From: Minisyncoccota bacterium | GTDB lineage: Bacteria > Patescibacteriota > Minisyncoccia > Phycocordibacterales > JABAAK01 | Assembly (NCBI GenBank): GCA_963668425.1 | Contig: OY764332.1 | Coordinates: 105,241-169,240 of the forward strand | Reading direction: 5' to 3' | Length of the DNA: 64,000 bases | Shown here: positions 20,242 through 30,569 of the stretch, piece by piece | Layout: each line of letters begins with the position of its first letter | Numbering within the stretch: position 1 is the first letter of the stretch | Program-made: the position numbers and the translations under genes | The notes under the pieces: generated by a model | Databases searched by the model: none | What the model was told of the DNA's origin: nothing | Seen by the model: only the letters and a program-made list of their open reading frames with translations

Positions 20242-21149
20242 AACTAGTAATTATAGGTGGCGGTCCAGCAGGTACCGCAGCGGGAGTGTATGCAGCACGA
20301 AAACAACTGAAAACTATTTTAGTGACAGAGTCGTTTGGTGGTCAAAGCGTTGTTTCTGCTGATATTAAAAATTGGATTGGCACTCCTAGTATTAGTGGGA
20401 CTGATCTTGCCGACTCATTCAAGAGGCATTTGCAAGAATATGAGAGTGACTGGTTCTCTATTGTTGAGACAAAGGCAGTATCAGTAACAGAAGAAGATGG
20501 TGTGTTCATCGTGGAATTAGCAAATGGTAGCACACTCAAAACAAGTACTATTTTGTTGACAACCGGCTCAACCAGACGCAAGCTTGCCGTACCAGGTGCT
20601 GATACGTTTGAACATAAGGGGCTTACCTACTGTGCCTCTTGTGATGGTCCGCTTTTTGCAGATAAGGATGTTGCTGTCATTGGTGGTGGTAATGCTGGCT
20701 TTGAAACTGCCGCCCAATTGCTTGCATATGCGAAAAGTGTTACTCTCCTGCACCGTAGCCCAGCGTATGACAAGGCGGATGCGATTACGGTCAAAAAGGT
20801 TCTTTCCCATCCGAATATGACTGGCATTACCAATGCACAGACATCTTCTGTTTTTGGCGAAATGTTGGTACAGGGACTTTCCTATGAAAAAGATGGTGTA
20901 GAACACACCCTTGCTGTTGAGGGTATTTTTGTTGAAATTGGACTTATTCCTTCAACTTCTATTATTAAGGATCTAGTATCACTGGATTCGGTTGGCAGAA
21001 TACTGGTAGACCCAAAAACGCAACAGTCATCACACACCCGCATCTGGGCAGCAGGCGATTGTACTGACGGACTCTTTCACCAAAATAATATCGCTGCTGG
21101 TGATGCTGTTAAAGCCATTGAACACATATACCTCACCCTCCATACATAA
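20214..21149 (+). CDS. trxB: Thioredoxin reductase / AhpF-like FAD oxidoreductase
   Basis: GGGPAG, CASCDG redox centre, GGGNAG, AAGD. Confidence 0.88.
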   Translation: MEKTVEQALELVIIGGGPAGTAAGVYAARKQLKTILVTESFGGQSVVSADIKNWIGTPSISGTDLADSFKRHLQEYESDWFSIVETKAVSVTEEDGVFIVELANGSTLKTSTILLTTGSTRRKLAVPGADTFEHKGLTYCASCDGPLFADKDVAVIGGGNAGFETAAQLLAYAKSVTLLHRSPAYDKADAITVKKVLSHPNMTGITNAQTSSVFGEMLVQGLSYEKDGVEHTLAVEGIFVEIGLIPSTSIIKDLVSLDSVGRILVDPKTQQSSHTRIWAAGDCTDGLFHQNNIAAGDAVKAIEHIYLTLHT

Positions 21150-21174
21150 AGTGGGCTTAAAAAGCTGAATACCG

Positions 21175-22545
21175 TTAATAGCTCTCCAGTTTTTTAACCT
21201 CGGTGTGTGCTCGAAGTTTTTCAAGTGCTCGGGATTCAATTTGTCGTACCCGTTCACGAGTTACGCCGAGTGCCAACCCTATCTGCTCTAAGGTATGCTG
21301 TATGCCATCTTCTAGCCCATGTCGCATTTCTATTACCTGCCTCTCTCGTGGTGAAAGGTCTTTTAAGATGCCCTGCACTTGATCTTTCAGAATATCTTTT
21401 GAAACTATTTTCTCCTGTGTCTCCTGATCATGATCTTCAACTGTATCAGATATGCGTGTATTACCTTCTTCATCACCGCCCCCGCCTAGCGGTCGTTCTA
21501 GTTGCACAATATCTTGCGATATTCTTCGTATCATGTACACTTTTTCTGGATCAATACTAAGTTCGGTTGCTATTTCCTGCACTGTTGGCGCGCGCCCTAA
21601 ATCTTTTTCCATCTGCACCATAGCTTTTTGATATCGCTGTGTTGTTTCTGACATATGTACCGGTATGCGAATTGTTCTTGACTTGTCTGCCAAACCGCGA
21701 ACAATTGATTGTTTAATCCACCAGGTTGCATACGTTGAAAATTTAAAACCACGCTGTGGTTCAAATTTATCAACTGCTTTATACAATCCCTCTGAACCTT
21801 CCTGCACTAAGTCAAGCAAACTCAAATCACGGCTTCTGCCAGCATAGTTTTTTGCAATAGAAACCACTAGTCGTAAATTAGCGGTGGCTAATTTATTACG
21901 CGCTTCAAGCCCCTCATTCAAAATCTTATTTTTTTGTGCCGATGTCAATCGTTTCTTGTTTCTTTTTTCTAATACATCTCGTCGTGCCATTATTTTTTTG
22001 CCCAGTGTCTGCTCCTCTGCTGCACTGAGTAGTTGGTACTTTCCAATATCCCGCAGATACATTTGTATAGAGTCATATGAAGATGGATCAAACTCAGGAA
22101 ATCGCGGATCTGATTCCAAGCTGACCTCTTGGAGCAATCCTTCATTTTCTACCAGATCAACACAGCTTGTTTTTAATACACCTTCAATGCAATTCCATAC
22201 ATCGCCTGTGTTATCGCACTCTTCCATCCCGACGTACTCCAACACTTCCTCTGATGTTACATACCCCTTGCTTTTGCACTTGTTAACCATATCCTTGATT
22301 TTCTTTCTATACTTATTTGGAATCGATTCGTATAAGTTTTTCTCTTGTTGTGCAGTGTCGATTAAATCCTCAAGTACTTCTACTGGTTTGGTATGTTGCT
22401 TTTTTTTCTTTGCGACTGCCTTTTTTACAGTTTGCTTTTTTTTCTTTACTGCAGATTTCTTTTTAGCGTGCACAGAACTCTTCTTTTTCTTTTCTTTTTT
22501 TTTCGCTACATCCGATTTTCTTTTTTTACTCAATTTTTTTTTCAT
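21175..22545 (-). CDS. rpoD: Primary sigma factor sigma70
   Basis: [54 protein letters not shown]; Lys-rich N-terminus. Confidence 0.95.
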   Translation of the reverse strand: MKKKLSKKRKSDVAKKKEKKKKSSVHAKKKSAVKKKKQTVKKAVAKKKKQHTKPVEVLEDLIDTAQQEKNLYESIPNKYRKKIKDMVNKCKSKGYVTSEEVLEYVGMEECDNTGDVWNCIEGVLKTSCVDLVENEGLLQEVSLESDPRFPEFDPSSYDSIQMYLRDIGKYQLLSAAEEQTLGKKIMARRDVLEKRNKKRLTSAQKNKILNEGLEARNKLATANLRLVVSIAKNYAGRSRDLSLLDLVQEGSEGLYKAVDKFEPQRGFKFSTYATWWIKQSIVRGLADKSRTIRIPVHMSETTQRYQKAMVQMEKDLGRAPTVQEIATELSIDPEKVYMIRRISQDIVQLERPLGGGGDEEGNTRISDTVEDHDQETQEKIVSKDILKDQVQGILKDLSPRERQVIEMRHGLEDGIQHTLEQIGLALGVTRERVRQIESRALEKLRAHTEVKKLESY

Positions 22546-23310
22546 ATTCCCTCTTAAAAATATCGCTGTTATAGATGTTTTTATTGTATCACGCCACCCT
22601 ATCCTTGCCCAATTTTGCGTTTGTGCTTTTTCTGGAAAACTTCTGGAAAACTTTTTTACTTACCCTCCCCCTACAAAAGAAAATCCCCCCGACTTGACCG
22701 AGGTTTTTTTATAAAAATAAACTCTCCTTGTCAAATCGAGGGGTTTTGAGAACACCCTCTTTATTTTTTTAGAATGAGAGAGTGTTGAAAGAAATTGATG
22801 TTGCCCCAGATTCATCAATTCTTTATAATGGCTTTCGGCCACGGACAGCATAAGCTGTCTTTGTGTTGTGGCTTTCGGCCACGCCGTAATTCAAAAATAT
22901 ATTTTTGAATTACCAGTAACAGTAGTGTGTTACACTTATATTTCTTAAGTGTTTGTATTGTGTTTTACATTGTACTTTTTTATCTTTACAATGTTAATTT
23001 TAAAGAACATTCTGTGAGAAAAGATTTTTCTCACAAAGGATCAATTCACGAGGTAAGCAAGTTCTACCATCCGGCGTTACACCGGAGTTATGGTAGATAC
23101 ATGCGCTTATTTTATTACCCTTTTTTTACAATAGTTGTTTTTCACAACTTTTTCACTGTAAATTTTTCTCCGGGTTATTTACATTCCCCGTCTACTATTT
23201 ATATTAAACCATATATGACATGCCTGACAATGCCGTGTGGATAACCAACAATGTCCCGGAGCTCTTGCTGTTTTTTTCTCTGTTTAGGAGTGTATTATAC
23301 TGAACATATT

Positions 23311-23383
23311 GCCATCTTAGCTCAGTCGGTAGAGCACTCCCATGGTAAGGGAGAGGTCGCCGGTTCAAATCCGGCAGATGGCT
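23311..23383 (+). tRNA. tRNA-Thr(GGT), CCA not encoded
   Basis: Acceptor GCCATCT/AGATGGC, D-arm GCTCAGTCGGTAGAGC, anticodon arm CTCCC-ATGGTAA-GGGAG, T-arm GCCGG-TTCAAAT-CCGGC. Confidence 0.97.
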
Positions 23384-23404
23384 CTTGGCTCGGATATCCG
23401 TTGC

Positions 23405-23537
23405 ACATGCTCTGTTTTGAAGTATTGCATATCTTGCATTCCTCGTGCGGCTTAACCAACCTGCAAAGTACTGTCTCTTACGATCTTTCTAAAAGGCACT
23501 CGGAATGCAACTATGTAATGTTTTCATTTGTGTATGT
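23405..23537 (+). ncRNA. Putative rod-like structured RNA downstream of tRNA-Thr
   Basis: Nested stems 23405-23410/23532-23537, 23418-23431/23512-23526, 23434-23442/23502-23510, 23445-23448/23496-23499; G-U pairs favour the + strand. Confidence 0.45.
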
Positions 23538-23617
23538 TCACCGTGTACCTCTCGCCGGCGGATGAGGCGATAGTTATTTGTTATTGTGTTGAATGGAGTG
23601 ATCTTCGCGGATGCTGT

Positions 23618-23673
23618 GTTGTGTAGTATAAGTTGTGCAGTATAGGTTGTGCAGTATAAGTTGTGCAGTATAA
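23618..23673. repeat. 4 x 14-bp tandem repeat GTTGTGCAGTATAA
   Basis: Read directly; one substitution each in copies 1 and 2. Confidence 0.9.
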
Positions 23674-23739
23674 AAATTTTTGTGTTGTGGGTATTACTTG
23701 TGTTTTGCGTTTATGCTATACTATTGGCATATAAGGATT

Positions 23740-23973
23740 ATGAGTATCTCATTTATCATACAAGCAGTTCAGGTTACCAGTGCAATACTCCTCATCATCG
23801 CTGTTCTTCTGCAGCACGGTGAAGCCAATGTTGGTAGTGCATTCGGTGGTGGTGATGTTTCTGAAACGGGTAACGCTAAGCGACGTGGATCAGAAAAAAT
23901 AGTATTCATGGCGACTTTTGTAATCGCAGCAATTTTTGTTGTTAGTATTGTTTTCCCATTCATCGCACCTTAG
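23740..23973 (+). CDS. secG: Preprotein translocase subunit SecG
   Basis: LLII.VLLQ....G.AFGG....RRG.EK motif, two TMs. Confidence 0.92.
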   Translation: MSISFIIQAVQVTSAILLIIAVLLQHGEANVGSAFGGGDVSETGNAKRRGSEKIVFMATFVIAAIFVVSIVFPFIAP

Positions 23974-24089
23974 TCCAAGTGCTATCACAACTTCCATTTG
24001 CAATCGCGATATGCTGTAAAAGAATATGTGAAAAGAATATGTGCGTATTCGCTTTCTGCATATAATTAATAGTACAATTAATTAATAGT

Positions 24090-24141
24090 ACAATGAAATC
24101 ATTTATATCATTAACAGCACAATGAAATCATTTATATCATT
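24090..24141. repeat. 23-bp direct repeat duplicating the start of the SBP gene
   Basis: ACAATGAAATCATTTATATCATT at 24090-24112 and 24119-24141. Confidence 0.9.
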
Positions 24142-25873
24142 CCGCCCTCATCCGGGTATATACAAAAAATTACCTCTATCAGATGCCTGCGTCGTACTCT
24201 TTCTGATGAGCATTCTTTGCGTGCAACTTTTTTTTCTCCTTCTTGCCCTTAACAACACTTTTCTACATGAAACAATTGTTCGTCGCGGAGAAATTAACGA
24301 AGGTGTTATTGGTGTGCCGATATACAAAAATCCTCTGTATGCGGACAATGCCGCAGAGAAAGATGTCGTTGCACTCATGCATGCTGGCTTACTCAAATAT
24401 ACTATTGCCGGCGAGCTCATTCCACACCTCGCTAAAACATGGAGGCAAGATAGTCCAAACCGTTATACATTCACCCTCAGGAAAAATGCTTCTTTTCACG
24501 ACGGCTCTCTTATAACTACAGCAGATGTACTTTACACCATCGGAATGATCCAAGAGGAACAAAAATATAAAACGCATCTTCACGAAGCGTGGCGTGATGT
24601 TGTTGTAGAGGACGTAGATGACATGACTCTTGCATTCACTATCCCTGAAGGAAACCTTCACTTCCCTGAACAATTCACTATTCCTATTCTTCCGAAACAT
24701 GTTTGGAAAAAAATACCGACAGATAAGCAACGCAACTACAATGGTTCAGGTGTACACATTGGCGCAGGTCCGTACAAATATAATCAAGAAACTATAACCT
24801 TAGACGGACGCCCAACGAATATAACTCTTGAAGAATTTTCTGGCTATGTTCTTGGCAGGCCCTTCATTAAAAAAATTACTTTGCACTTTTTTGTGGATGT
24901 TATTGATCTCCTTCAGGCATATCAGACCGGCATTATAGACAGTGTCTATGGTATCGCCGGTGGTGAAGTGACGGCACTCCTCAAGCAAAGAAAGGAAGAG
25001 GGTGAGATTCATACCGCTTATACTAACCGCGTCTTTGGTGTATTCTTCAATGCTGAAGATGGTCGTATTCTTCAGGACTCCTTTCTTCGTAGCATTCTCT
25101 CTCAGTGGGTTAAGCGTGAATATATTATCAACCAAGTGTTCAGCACGCATGCCACTCCCATACAACACCCACTTCCGACCGATGTCAGCATAAAAGAACA
25201 AGACATAACACTCGCAGAGATCAAACAGACGTTAGAAGACATTAATTGGGACTTTGAATCTGCTACTGGGTATCGTGAACAAGATGGCGTCCCTCTTAAG
25301 ATTTCTTTTGTCATCCCTGATATTAAAGAAGCACAGCAGATAGCGGATATGCTTACGGAAGGATGGCGACGACTCGGCATTGCTGTAACAACAAAAACTG
25401 TTCCAGAAAAAGAGATTGTTACTACCATACAAGAAAAGGATTTTGATGCCATACTCTACGGCTATGAAGCAAATACTGTGAAAGATTTGGTCGCATTATG
25501 GAAATCTGGCAACCGTGAAAATCTCGCTTCAATCACTAGTTTTGGTAGCCCAACACTTAATAATCTTCTCACTGACTTGGAGCAATTCACTCCCCCACAA
25601 CGCCTTATTGAGCAGTTATCCCGAACCCCTGATGACAACTGGCGGAATATAGTGTATGATGCTGTTAAGGTAGAGATGACGAAAAATGTTCCGGCAATTT
25701 TTCTTTATTCGCCTCACTTTCTCTATATACTACCCAAGAATATCAAAAGGGTGGATCTACAAACAGGACAGCAACAGATCGGGAGGATAACAGATTCAAG
25801 CGATAGGTTTATCAATGTACATAAATGGTACACCCAACGGGAGAAGGTGTGGAAACCTTTTGTTGAGAATTAA
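24122..25873 (+). CDS. ABC transporter substrate-binding protein, family 5 (peptide/nickel)
   Basis: EGVIG.P...NP, P.LA..W, YTFTLR..A.FHDG..IT..DV.YT, ILPKHVW, G.GPYK. Confidence 0.9.
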   Translation: MKSFISFRPHPGIYKKLPLSDACVVLFLMSILCVQLFFLLLALNNTFLHETIVRRGEINEGVIGVPIYKNPLYADNAAEKDVVALMHAGLLKYTIAGELIPHLAKTWRQDSPNRYTFTLRKNASFHDGSLITTADVLYTIGMIQEEQKYKTHLHEAWRDVVVEDVDDMTLAFTIPEGNLHFPEQFTIPILPKHVWKKIPTDKQRNYNGSGVHIGAGPYKYNQETITLDGRPTNITLEEFSGYVLGRPFIKKITLHFFVDVIDLLQAYQTGIIDSVYGIAGGEVTALLKQRKEEGEIHTAYTNRVFGVFFNAEDGRILQDSFLRSILSQWVKREYIINQVFSTHATPIQHPLPTDVSIKEQDITLAEIKQTLEDINWDFESATGYREQDGVPLKISFVIPDIKEAQQIADMLTEGWRRLGIAVTTKTVPEKEIVTTIQEKDFDAILYGYEANTVKDLVALWKSGNRENLASITSFGSPTLNNLLTDLEQFTPPQRLIEQLSRTPDDNWRNIVYDAVKVEMTKNVPAIFLYSPHFLYILPKNIKRVDLQTGQQQIGRITDSSDRFINVHKWYTQREKVWKPFVEN

Positions 25874-25882
25874 CCAACGACT

Positions 25883-27667
25883 ATGGCAACACCAAAAAGA
25901 AGTTACAAAAAACCACGTCCAACACGACAAAAAGGCAAAGCAGCCCCCATCAAAAAAGCAAAAAAAGTATTTATCCCGAAGCCAAATCGGGGTGAGATTC
26001 GTGCGCTTGTGTTCGGCGGTATATCAGAAATCGGCAAAAATATGTACGGTATTGAATACAACAATAACATTGTGCTATTGGAGTGCGGCACTATGTTTGG
26101 CGAGAGCAACACCCCTGGCGTGAATACCGTGATGCCGAATATTCAATATCTTAAAGATAGAAAACAAGATGTTAAAGCGCTCGTTGTAACGGACGCTTCA
26201 ATGAAGCATATCGGTGCTATTCCGCATGCTATTCGTGATATAGGAAGCCCGACAATATATGCCAGAAAACTTACCAAGGCAATTATAGAGAATCATCAAA
26301 GCACCCTTCGTAAAAAATCAACCCTAACATTTCACGAAGTAGAAAAAGCGGAGTCAGTTACTATTAACGACGATATTACTCTTCACTTTTTTGGTGTTAC
26401 CGACAACACACCGAGCACTCTTGGTGTGCTTGTAGAAACTTCTTCTGGCTGTGTTGCCTATACCGGCAACCTAAAGGTGAGTCACAACAAAGAGGTTATT
26501 CGTGCTGAAGAGGAAAAGGTATTTCAGGCAGCAAAGGAAAAGGAGGTTGTTCTTTCTCTCGCTGATTCAGTAGGATCAGAACGTCCTGGCTTTGCCATCA
26601 CCGATGATGAGATTGCTAAAGAAATTGATCAGATGATGCAAGAGGCACCGTATCGTGTGATGACACCTCTCTTCCCTTCTCAGATAAAAAGGAATGCAAT
26701 GATATTGGAAAAAGCTCTCCGAGCAGGTAAAAAAATCTATGTAGAAGGATCACTCCTGTTGGAAAATCTTCAAACTGCTTCTGACCTTGGTATAGCCCAG
26801 ATACCGAAAGAAGCCCTCATTCCTATACAAGAGATGAAAAAAGAAGAGGATGACTTGAAAAAAGTATTTATTGCTTTTACTGCCCAAGAGAATGAGATCT
26901 GTGAGGCATTAGAAAGCATTTCTCGAGAAAGTTATCGGCATACTTCTGTCATTACAAAAGATACTATTATATTTCCTTCACCAATGATCCCCACAAATGC
27001 ACAAGCGATTCAAAACCTTAAAGACCGCCTTTCCCGTCTTGGCGCAATAACCCGATCCTATGATACTAGCGATGTTAAAGGCAGTGGACATGCTAATAAG
27101 AGTGAGTTGCGTTGGATGCACCAACTCCTCAATGCGAAATTCTTTATCCCTCTGCAGGGTTACCACTATATGTTGAATGCACATACTCATATACTTCGCG
27201 AACTCGGTATGAGTCAGGATTCTTTTGTTATACCGGAAAATGGAACAATAGTAGATATTAGCCCAGATGGTCAGGTGATTAAAAAACAGAAACAACAAAT
27301 GGAAACTACTGCGGTATCCATTGACGGACATACTCTCGCTCCGATACAGGAAGTTGTGATACAAGACAGGAACACTCTTTCCCAAGAGGGTATATTTATT
27401 ATCATTGTTTTCATTGACCGCAAAACTTTTGAGGTTAAGAAATCTCCTGACATTATCTCTCGTGGCTTTATATACTTGCGAGAGTCGCAAGATCTCATTG
27501 CGCGTGTCCGGATTGTTATTAAAAAAGCTGCTGAAAAAGAAGCGGAAGAAGCCGGTCAAATAGAAATTGATAAAATGAAAAAAGTAATACAAAAAGAAGT
27601 CCAAACCTTTCTGGTGAACGAGACCAGCAAACGACCGATTATTGTTCCTGTTATATTCACTCAATAA
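25883..27667 (+). CDS. RNase J paralog with degenerate active site
   Basis: Full-length similarity to the adjacent RNase J, but HAHLDH is replaced by DASMKH, and the other metal-binding motifs are also substituted. Confidence 0.88.
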   Translation: MATPKRSYKKPRPTRQKGKAAPIKKAKKVFIPKPNRGEIRALVFGGISEIGKNMYGIEYNNNIVLLECGTMFGESNTPGVNTVMPNIQYLKDRKQDVKALVVTDASMKHIGAIPHAIRDIGSPTIYARKLTKAIIENHQSTLRKKSTLTFHEVEKAESVTINDDITLHFFGVTDNTPSTLGVLVETSSGCVAYTGNLKVSHNKEVIRAEEEKVFQAAKEKEVVLSLADSVGSERPGFAITDDEIAKEIDQMMQEAPYRVMTPLFPSQIKRNAMILEKALRAGKKIYVEGSLLLENLQTASDLGIAQIPKEALIPIQEMKKEEDDLKKVFIAFTAQENEICEALESISRESYRHTSVITKDTIIFPSPMIPTNAQAIQNLKDRLSRLGAITRSYDTSDVKGSGHANKSELRWMHQLLNAKFFIPLQGYHYMLNAHTHILRELGMSQDSFVIPENGTIVDISPDGQVIKKQKQQMETTAVSIDGHTLAPIQEVVIQDRNTLSQEGIFIIIVFIDRKTFEVKKSPDIISRGFIYLRESQDLIARVRIVIKKAAEKEAEEAGQIEIDKMKKVIQKEVQTFLVNETSKRPIIVPVIFTQ

Positions 27668-27673
27668 GTACCA

Positions 27674-29614
27674 ATGCCTATGATAGAAAAAAAACAACGC
27701 ACAACTACTAAAAAAACAACTGATGACACCGCCAAGAGCGCAAGCATAAAGAGTAAAGATACACCCGCAAAGAAAAATGTGTCAAAAAAACAAGTTGCCA
27801 AACCAAACGACACGCAAAGGAAAAAAGTACCGTCTGGACTATACCAAAAACCTATTCGTCGCCAAGGTGGACTCATCGGCTCACGCGAGCTTACTACTGG
27901 GTTTGATGCAGAATCAACTCTTAACATCCCTCAGCAAGAGAAAGGCGGGATCCGTGTTCTCTTCTTTGGTGGTGTTGGAGAAATCGGCAAAAACATGTAT
28001 GGCATTGAGTATGAGGATGATATCATTCTTTTGGACTGTGGTATGAAGTTTGCCCAGAATGATACTCCTGGTATTGATTTTATTGTTCCTAATGTCCAGT
28101 ACCTTGAAGAGCGGAAAGAAAAGATACGAGGGCTTGTTATTTCTCACGCCCACCTTGATCACGTTGGTGGCATATCAGTTGTTATGAACAGAATCGGCAA
28201 TCCTCCGATATTCTCCCGCAAATTGAGTATTGAACTTATTAAAAATAGACAAAAGGAATTTGAGAACAAGGATGCGATTAAATATCATGAAGTGGAGAAA
28301 AGCACCGTACTTAAACTCGGTGAGAATATGACACTCACCTTCTTCTCAGTCACCCACACTATCCCTGATTCAATGGGGATAGTTGTAGACACTCCCATCG
28401 GCGCGATTGTATTTACCGGTGACCTCAAGCTCACTCATGAGGATGGCGTTGTTGGTCCTGACGAAGTTGCAGAATTTGCGGGAATCAAAAAGAAAAATGT
28501 CCTTCTCACCATGGCAGATTCAACTAATGCGGAACGGCCTGGTTTCTCCTTGCCTGAAAAACGTGTTGTGGAAACTATCGGCAAGATAATTAAGGAAACC
28601 AAAGGCAGAATTATTCTTTCTGCGTTCTCAACTCAAATAGAGCGCACTATTAGGGTTATTGAGCATGCTATTGATAGTGGCAGAAAAGTGATTGTACAGG
28701 GCAGATCAATGATCACTAACCTGACTATTGCATCGGAATTAGGTCTTCTCAAGATGCCTCTCAGCTCTATCATCCCCGCAGACAAAATGGGTGACTATCC
28801 GAAAGACAAGATACTTATACTCGCAACTGGCGCTCAAGGAGATAATTTCGCTGCGATGGATAGGATGTCCCGTGGCACCCATCGACATATTAAACTAGAC
28901 CCTAAAGATACTGTTGTCTTTTCTTCTTCAATTATTCCCGGCAATGAAGAGCCCGTGCAAAATCTTAAAGATCGTCTTTCCAAACTTGGTGTTGACCTTA
29001 TCACGTATCAAACAAGTGATGTCCATTCCAGTGGACATGCTAATCGGGATGAACTCAAATGGATACATGAAAATATCGGTGCAAAATTCTTTACTCCGAT
29101 TCATGGTTACCATTTCATGCTCTCCGCCCACGCTCAAATACTTCGCGATATTGGCATGCCTGAAGAAAATATCATCCTTCCTAATAATGGATGTATTGTT
29201 GACATCAGTCCAGATGGTAAAGCAATCACCATGCAGGATTACACCATGCCAACAGAAGTTATAGTTGTGGACGGTAATGCTGTCGGTACTGCACAAACAG
29301 TTGTTTTGAATGACAGGATTACTCTTAAAGAAGAAGGTATCTTTGTTGTCATTGTGCTCATCAACAAACGACTTAAGAAGGTCAAAAAATCTCCCGATAT
29401 TATCTCTCGTGGTTTTGTCTATCTTAAGGAATCTCAACAATTTATCAACCGATCTCGTATGGTAGCCCGTCGCTCTGTGGAACAAACCCTTCGGAAAGAC
29501 AGAATGATAAATCTTGACACTATCAAACGAAATCTTGTTCGTGAAACACAAAACTATCTCTATACTGAAACTAAAAAACGCCCCATCATTGTTCCCGTCA
29601 TCTTTATCTCTTAA
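27674..29614 (+). CDS. rnj: Ribonuclease J
   Basis: GGVGEIGKNM, DCG, SHAHLDHVGG, THTIPD, TGD, DSTNA, HSSGHA, PIHG, SRGFVY. Confidence 0.96.
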   Translation: MPMIEKKQRTTTKKTTDDTAKSASIKSKDTPAKKNVSKKQVAKPNDTQRKKVPSGLYQKPIRRQGGLIGSRELTTGFDAESTLNIPQQEKGGIRVLFFGGVGEIGKNMYGIEYEDDIILLDCGMKFAQNDTPGIDFIVPNVQYLEERKEKIRGLVISHAHLDHVGGISVVMNRIGNPPIFSRKLSIELIKNRQKEFENKDAIKYHEVEKSTVLKLGENMTLTFFSVTHTIPDSMGIVVDTPIGAIVFTGDLKLTHEDGVVGPDEVAEFAGIKKKNVLLTMADSTNAERPGFSLPEKRVVETIGKIIKETKGRIILSAFSTQIERTIRVIEHAIDSGRKVIVQGRSMITNLTIASELGLLKMPLSSIIPADKMGDYPKDKILILATGAQGDNFAAMDRMSRGTHRHIKLDPKDTVVFSSSIIPGNEEPVQNLKDRLSKLGVDLITYQTSDVHSSGHANRDELKWIHENIGAKFFTPIHGYHFMLSAHAQILRDIGMPEENIILPNNGCIVDISPDGKAITMQDYTMPTEVIVVDGNAVGTAQTVVLNDRITLKEEGIFVVIVLINKRLKKVKKSPDIISRGFVYLKESQQFINRSRMVARRSVEQTLRKDRMINLDTIKRNLVRETQNYLYTETKKRPIIVPVIFIS

Positions 29615-29706
29615 ATGCACCCCCCCTATTGCTCACTGCACCACAACACTGAACAACTGAAAGCAATGTCTGGTGTCAATCGCTCTATCAGTTTGCACCA
29701 CTAGGG

Positions 29707-30537
29707 TTAGGAACATCCGTTTTGTGCGTCTGTCGCCTTTGTGCTTATCAAACCTGTTTTATATACATCAATACTCCGTGTAGCAGTGATGCCGGTTGTG
29801 GCAACAAAAGCAATACGAACCCCCTCATACGTGTCTGAAATTCTCTTTGTTGCGCCGTTCGGCTCAATGGCACTGTAGGTGTATGTTGTCCCGACAACTG
29901 GCATTACATTCACATATACCTCTCGGGTCGGCTGTTCAATTGAAAAATGGATATCAAAATTATTTCGTGCTGTTTTTGTCGCGTCATACCCACTTACGAA
30001 TGGATTGGGAGAGCTACAAAGCATAGAATCGGAAGCGCAGCTCTGGTCGCTGTTCAGCACCAACTGCTTTCGGGTATATCGTGGAGCGGCGTCAGCGTCT
30101 ATAAAGCATACGTCAACAAAATATTGTTCGGCTGTCTCCAATGAAACGGTCGATGATCCTGGCACCTCTCCATCCCGTGCAGTCGCGAAATTAGACCCTT
30201 CAGCAAAACCGGCAAACGGTCCGGCTGCCCTTTCAAGACGAAAATCCTTTAGGATTCCGTCCCGCACCTTTATACGCACCACCTGAAACCCCTGTGTCGG
30301 CAGCACTGTGTTTTGCGAGAACGTTTCTGCGGAGCCGGAACGCTCTTGCGCAAACCGAATATATTCTCCTAACTCATCAACTCGTATCCGTAGCAGTGAA
30401 TGGCTTGTAAATGATGCGTAGTTAACAAACACCACCCCCACAATAATCCCCATGATGGCAATGGAAACTAATACTTCAATCAGTGTAAACCCCCCATCAT
30501 CACCCCCACGCAAAGAAAAAAAACGCACAGCGGACAT
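29707..30537 (-). CDS. Prepilin-type (class III signal peptide) minor pilin
   Basis: GFTLIEVLVSIAIMGII N-methylation motif. Confidence 0.88.
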   Translation of the reverse strand: MSAVRFFSLRGGDDGGFTLIEVLVSIAIMGIIVGVVFVNYASFTSHSLLRIRVDELGEYIRFAQERSGSAETFSQNTVLPTQGFQVVRIKVRDGILKDFRLERAAGPFAGFAEGSNFATARDGEVPGSSTVSLETAEQYFVDVCFIDADAAPRYTRKQLVLNSDQSCASDSMLCSSPNPFVSGYDATKTARNNFDIHFSIEQPTREVYVNVMPVVGTTYTYSAIEPNGATKRISDTYEGVRIAFVATTGITATRSIDVYKTGLISTKATDAQNGCS

Positions 30538-30540
30538 ATG

Positions 30541-30569
30541 CAAGTAGTATACCTTGACCTACATCACGG
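30541..30569. repeat. 29-bp exact direct repeat, copy 1 (copy 2 at 32057-32085)
   Basis: CAAGTAGTATACCTTGACCTACATCACGG; contains a gene 3' end and a TATACT -10 box on -. Confidence 0.92.

Noticed and set aside
21884-22714. Long antisense ORFs (e.g. 941-1567, 21884-22714, 26978-27697, 49799-50566, 51134-51769)
   Set aside because: They are shadows of well-supported genes on the opposite strand, with no independent motifs.
23618-23673. CRISPR array
   Set aside because: The 14-bp units are contiguous with no spacers, and there are no cas genes in the window.
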